Positions 57,988-64,000 of a DNA stretch of 64,000 nt are shown here, piece after piece (the first letter of the stretch is position 1; each line of letters opens with the position of its first letter). Position numbers and translations under genes: made by a program. Under the pieces are notes generated by a model. The model did no database searches. It was not told the origin of the DNA and saw only the letters and a program-made list of their open reading frames with translations. The stretch comes from Macrostomum hystrix (taxonomy: Eukaryota; Animalia; Platyhelminthes): positions 13,392,001 to 13,456,000 of the forward strand of contig CATNEN010000001.1 of assembly GCA_950097015.1 (NCBI GenBank). Direction: 5' to 3'.

Positions 57988-59720
57988 CTACGATCTCTCA
58001 GATCCAGAGCTCGACGCTAGACCGCGACAACGACGCTGAGGCTCTGCAGACGGCCCAGGACCTGCGACCCTGCCGACTGTCTGTGAAGGCCCGGATGACT
58101 TCGACGACGAGGAAGAGGAGCGACCCTCCGGCGGTGGTACCTCCAACGACCATCGACTGTGGAGATCCCGCTTGGAGAAGGTCCAACGACTGCACCAACC
58201 AATCAGGCGAGTAATCCTTGGCGTGAGCCACTGCCGTATGGTGATTGCCAGGTTTCTCTGTCTGAAATGAGTGTCTGTTCTTGCTCTCTATCCCACTATT
58301 TCTCTTCCACCTCCTGAGCTTCCCTCTCATGGTACTCAGAAAGGGGATTTTTCTTTGCCAACTGCCCCCCGAAGAACCAGGACCTCTGGGTTTTCGTAGG
58401 CCCATTAGGGATCGTAGGAAGCCTGATCGGCTTGTTTTAGATCCAAGGGCGAAAACCTATGTTAGCGGCGTGGCCCGCAGAGTTCGTCGCCTTTTACCCC
58501 GTTCCAGCTTGACAATGTTCCCAACAAAGCGGCGGCACATACCCAGATCCGACTCGTCGGATGACGACGGGCCGTCTGGAATACGCCGGCCAACGCGTCC
58601 GAGCTACCACCAACCAGGGTGCGGGCTATCGGCGCAGCGGCTGGATAATTCGAGCCGTTTGGCGGTCCACGCGATGCGCCTAGCGTCCCGGTCCACCTCC
58701 GGGTAGGCCATACGGCGGCGCGTCGCGCGGCCCAGGAGAACGTAAATTCGTGGAGACGAAGTCCATGCAGCAGCGGACGCCGAGCGAACAACAGCAGCTG
58801 GCCCACAGACTGCTGCACACCTACGGCGTAGCTCAGCGAAACTACCAAATTGAGACAGCTGACTATCACCAGGCCGGCCGCAATCTCGTCAAAGAGAACA
58901 TTGATGAAGACCTGCTGCTGACAGCCATCCACCAACCTCAGCAGACAGCTTTGCCGATGGCTGCCATCGCGGCCTCCACGTCTGCGTCGGCGACTTCCGT
59001 CGCGGCTTCTGCTGCCGCGTCGCCGGCTTCCGTCGTGGCCTGTGCAGCCGCATCGCCGGCTTCCGTCGTGGCCTCTGCTGCCGCATCGCCGGCTTCCGTC
59101 GTGGCCTCTGCTGCCGCATCGCCGGCTTTCGTCGTGGCCTCTGCTGCCGCGTCGCCGGCTTTCGTCGCGGCCTCTGCTGCTGCGCCGCCGGCTGCGGCCT
59201 ACGCAGTCGGTGATCTGGTAGAAGCCAATTGCCCGGTTATCCGCATTGGCCAGCAATGATCTTTCCCTCGCAAGCCGGCAAGTTTGCAGGTCCAAGAGGA
59301 CTGATTGCACGTCATCTTTTTTTTGAAAATCCGCCTACCCGGGAGTGGATTCCAAAGAAATCAGTGCGGCGCTACACTGGCATCAAGCCGGCATTAATGG
59401 ATGCTGAACTAGGTAGCGCTTACAACCTGGCGGCAGAAGCGGCTGCGATTTCAATCCCTTGCCGCCTGAACTTCATAAAGTTGTGCTTTTTTGCTTTATT
59501 TTGTCACTCTCCCCTTTTCTTTGTTTCCCCTGCATGTCTGTTTTGAATGTCTGTTTGCGCTGCTTTGTATCTCTTTATATGCCTGAACTCTCTGCGCATC
59601 CATTTTCTTCCACCATGCATGTTCGATATGTACTTGGTCTCCCGGTTCTTCTTTGCCTGTGTTTCCTCTGCCTTGTCATATCTGCCTCCGCTACGAACTA
59701 TACAATTATGTTTTGACTGG
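57988..59720 (+). mobile_element. 3' internal fragment of a G1-family Gypsy (G3) with a different ORF3
   Basis: 57988-58731 aligns with G1 26015-26765, then diverges; T-rich tail like that of G1. Confidence 0.85.
59200..59546 (+). pseudogene. PWWP domain at the end of G3 ORF3 (1-nt frameshift near 59228)
   Basis: YAVGDLVEA(K)LPGYPHWPAMI...FFENPPTREWIPKKSVRRYTG...AYNLAAEA. Confidence 0.75.
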
Positions 59721-61231
59721 ACTTAAGTCGCAATCAATACACAGCTGAGACCACCGTGACATGTGCATGTTTTTGTTGTTTTTTGCTGCACTTCATTCAA
59801 AAAAAGAATTGATAAGAAATGAAAAAGCGAGTAAGAATAAGAATTAGTGCACGTTTCAGTTCAGGAAAGAACCAAATTGCGGGTGCGAAAAATGACAGAT
59901 TTCTATTTTTTTAGTTTTTGTCGAAAGCCAATATTTTGATAATAAGCGATGGAAGATTCCGCTCTTTAGCACTGAGAGAATAGGAATACCAACGTGTATA
60001 CACAGTGAATTTAATTTTTGACTGCCCTCAGTCTCATACGCGATGAGACTGACTCTGAGTCTGAGACTGACTGAATATGTCACGCATACTCGTACTTATA
60101 GCACCAAGGACCACTAGTAGATAAAGGACGCTACACTCGGATTTCGTGGAAATTTTTTTGAAGTCCGATTTTCACCGCAAAATACATTGGCGAGATAGCA
60201 AAATTTCACGTTTTTAGTATTCAGAGGCCTGTTGTAATTGATTTAAGCCTGATTAAAAAATCCCATCTAACATTTTACTAACAAGACCCTGTTCTATTGG
60301 TTTCTATTATTTTTTAGTCGCGAAAAGGTTCTACAGATATAGTTTTATCACATTTTGACGTAGTCATGAAACTACATATATATGCCCTTTGGCTAGCTAA
60401 ACTATAGCTAGGCTGGCCTAGCATATCAGGCCTTCTATATTAAATCTCTCTAACAAAAAATTAAATTTGTATTGCCATAGCATATCTCGTGTCTTACAAA
60501 CATGATAACAAGATGCTAAGTCTGAGAATGGACACTCATTCATAATATACTAAATTATATTTATATATCCACCCAACCAAGTTCCCTAATCAGTGGTTTC
60601 ATCCACTGCAATTCATTGATACAGCTGTTGTAGGCTTTCCAAATACATGTCTACTGTGTACCACCTATGCTATTAAACCGAAGGTCTAAGCCCTGTATAG
60701 AAATATAAAAACAAATGAAATTTTCTAAATGTAATTGTCTTTTGTGATTTGTAAATCATAATCTACTATTGAACTTTTAATTTGTAAGTAAACTTAAGCT
60801 ATGTATACCATTTTAGAAAATAGTTCATGTTAGTCTGAGGGACTCTCTGTCAGATAATAATGAGATTCAAACTTTTAAATAAAATTAAATATATAGTAAG
60901 GTGGGTAGGCCTATCTAGTAATATAAGCTAGCCTACTTTTGTTTTTTTGCAATTAAAAGGGTAGTTTTAGTCAATTGCAGAAGTGTTGTCATTTGGATTC
61001 CATAACTTCAAAGAACTATGTATTTATAGATATTGTATATATTCATTTCAATTGCTTACACTTCTGCCCTGGACAAAGATTTCCCTTAACGAAATTATCC
61101 TAGGGCCTACTCCACCCTAGTCTCTAGGCCTAATCAATGTTATATTTTGCATCTTCAATTAAGAAATCTAACTCACTGCTTATGCCTATCTTTATCAGCT
61201 TATCACCTATTATTACAGCTATCCATTGTTA

Positions 61232-61775
61232 ATGCCATTCAAGTGCGGCATTCCCAACTGCGAAGGCAACTATTTGACTGGTCCAAAGGTTGCTGTTTAT
61301 AGCTTTCCAAAGGACAAAGCAGATTGTGATGCCTGGATGATGGCTTTGCCCACTTCAGTTAAGGTACATGTGTTAGATATATTATCTTATGCACTATTAT
61401 TAAGTTTGGTAAAGCAAGTGTGCACTTGAATTTCATAGGTGACCACAAAAAAAAATATTTGTGCCCAACACTGGCCTGAAAATGCTCGGATGATAAAAGT
61501 AAAGCGTTTTCTGCGACCAGATGATCCTCCAAGTATCTTTTCATCTGTCCCTATCAGTGCAGTACGCCAAACTGTGCCAAGAAAGATCTGATTCATCTGA
61601 CTTAAGCTATGCTATCCATTAATAATATCTTTTTGGATGTGGGTCTATTCTTACTAACCATAATTTATATTTAGGATCATCCAGGGAGGTTTCTCAACGT
61701 TGTGTGCTTCTGAGCGAGCGAGCTGCTATTCCAGATGAATTAGAAGAATTCAATGCTCAGGACCGTGTGTTATAA
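61232..61775 (+). pseudogene. THAP zinc finger, N-terminus of a P-element-like transposase, truncated
   Basis: MPFKCGIPNC...FPKD...W | intron 61364-61438 | ICAQHW...PPSIF, in frame after splicing. Confidence 0.8.
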
Positions 61776-61781
61776 ACATCC

Positions 61782-61869
61782 TTTCGGGCCAAGGATCCTT
61801 CACCTCATCGAAGGCAGGAGTCCTGATCCGCCGGATCCCGCATTGTTAGCAGGACGACCGGTACAACAC
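61782..61869 (+). mobile_element. U5-end fragment of a G1-family LTR
   Basis: Matches 19427-19571 except for about 60 bp missing; ends GGTACAACA. Confidence 0.85.
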
Positions 61870-63631
61870 TTGGCTGCTCTGAATCGGAAGATGGAAAACA
61901 GCACACGAGTGCTTCTCAAGCTAAAAGGTTTAAAGCAGAGCAGGATTCTAGGAATCTCGAAATCGCCAAGCGATTTGTTCGTTCCATGGTCCAAACCATT
62001 GGGTCGAAGGCCGCATCTGTTCATTACGAAGATGAGCTGACTGTTGCGCGGCAGAATGGCTGCGACATCGGCAACCGGGACCATGGCAGAAAGCAGCTTC
62101 GTATTCTACTTGAAGCAGCTAATGAATTCACCAATGAAGAAAACAAACTGATTCTCATGACACCGCTAGATTGTACCGGTTTGCCACCACATTTCATGGG
62201 TATCCTAGATAAGGCCACGCAGACGCGTAGTACTAATCAAGCCACCCTTATCGCTACTATGATTAAAGGCAACCGCGTTGCACTTGCGATCGGTGCACCA
62301 ACCGTTTATCGTCTCGATGAAAATGATGCTGCAGACGATTCTGACAACGACTCCGGTCAAGAAGAAGACTATGACGAGCAAACTGCAGAGCAGACTGATG
62401 AGATTTATGTCACTGGCGGCTCCTTACAGCAGCTTGCGCAGCTGATGTTTGCAACTTTTTCTGAAGAACTGAAGTTGCTGATTGTTGCTCTGTCTCTAAG
62501 CATCTGTCCTTCCCGGAAGCCAGTCTCAAATGCCTGCATCAGTTCTCTCGGGATCTCCTCGTCCCACGCACTGGAGCCATCAAAGGCCGTGCCCTCCATC
62601 TGCAGGACACCCTGGGCTCAGGCGTCCCATCAATTCTGTCTCTCGAGCAACTGGATCAGTGAACTTTCTCCTGAATTTCTGCCCCTCATCTGGCGGGCAG
62701 GAGTCGTCTTGGTCGACCAAACATAATAAGCGGAATGATAGCTGATTCTTGCAGCGACTGATCTGATACACTCTGGCCATGTTGGGCCCTACCGCTCAGG
62801 GGTCACACCAGATGATATGTTTTTGGGTTTTTGGTATGTTCTGGTGCAGCCTGCAGGGCAGTAGCATTCGACACGTCCGGCAATGATAACAGGCAATCTC
62901 ATCGGTTAACCTTCGAAGGCTTCAGACTGTAAGGAAAAACTGTATAGCAGGAAGTAAATTATTAGAAGTTAATATATAAATTATCGTTTCCTTTTTGACA
63001 ATAAGAATGTCCACGCGAGAGTTAGTAGTGATAATTTAAGTGCAAATCAATACATCAGAGTGTTTCCCTTTTGCAACAAAAACCTACGAGCTAGAATAAA
63101 TACCGCAATTAAATCTTTGAAAACTTCCAGTAGACAACGGAGATCAGTCACGAAGTCGACGCCAAGGACGAGGTACTGCAGAGGAAAGTCGTCGTCTTCT
63201 TCGTATTTATGGCGAAATGCTGCCGCATACAATGGAAAATATGCCTCAATCTTTGCCCACTGTTACTTTTGCAGAGCTGGTGAAGCGCTGAGTTGCAAAC
63301 GGCAAAGTATCAGCGGGCTTAACTTTAATCGCCTTAGCCACTTCCGTCATAAGCGCATGTCCTTAACCGCGTGAAAGTAGTTTGTGAATTTTGTTTGCCC
63401 GATCAGTAAAGTTTTTCAGAAAGGTGGCTGCCTCATCGCCAAACTTGCGGTCGCGAACGTCTACTACAGCTAAATTGAGGAGATGTGAAGCATCCCAGAT
63501 CACTGGCTGAAATAAATCGTTGTCTTCAATACCGCTGCAGCCAGTGAAACACAGAATTTCACGGCTAAACTGGTGTGACTGATACTGTCCATCAGCGCAT
63601 GTCCCGCGATAGCGCGAAAGAGCTTCTTTTG
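61870..63631. pseudogene. hAT-like DDE transposase relic split by an inversion (+ strand 61870-62478; - strand 63631 to about 63050)
   Basis: DIGNRDH...LDKAT on +; CADGQY...WDASHLLNL...TQRF on -. The two halves join in frame when re-inverted. Confidence 0.6.
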
Positions 63632-64000
63632 GCAAGGTGCTGCGAGAGATAGTGTCGGAGCGCCAGGAGCTGTGGTGCGACGTGGACACAGTCAATCATT
63701 TCGTGCTGCAGGCACAGTCTGGACGGCTAGCGGTTGAGCAGAAAGGCAGTGCGATCAGGCGGTTTAGGAATGCGCTGGCTGCTGCCGTGACTCTCACGTG
63801 CTTTGGACTCCAGGCGAGTCAGCACGGTAGTCTTGAGTGCAGCGTCGCTAGGAAGTGCCAGGAAGCACTGGACTAGCCTGCCTACCAAGAGTAAGGGACA
63901 CGATGACGATGCCCATGAGACTGCCAATGGTAGGCCCAAAAAAAGCAACTGGTCTACAATTGGATAGAGCGAACAATGGATGATTCCATGCTGTAATTAG

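Overview
Eukaryotic (invertebrate-type) genomic DNA made almost entirely of nested mobile elements and tandem repeats; no rRNA, tRNA gene or CRISPR array. One probable host gene lies at the left end: a minus-strand, spliced Ig-domain type I membrane protein with an L1CAM/neuroglian-like tail. The rest contains: a decayed Gypsy gag preceded by four tandem LTR-end+PBS units and interrupted by two RT/RNase H LINEs; a full-length LOA/R1-type LINE with a 13-bp TSD and 97-bp 5' monomers; a young 9.9-kb Gypsy element with a tRNA-derived SINE in its RT; a chimeric relative with a captured gag piece in its LTR; two 2.1-2.3-kb solo LTRs; IS630/Tc1, mariner, KDZ, THAP and hAT-type transposase relics; and a non-autonomous Helitron carrying a spliced STPR-like+OTU gene. 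The most notable signal is that this Gypsy family has a variable third ORF after integrase, and one copy encodes an MSH6-like PWWP chromatin-reader domain there. All family assignments are by eye from motifs; no database search was run.
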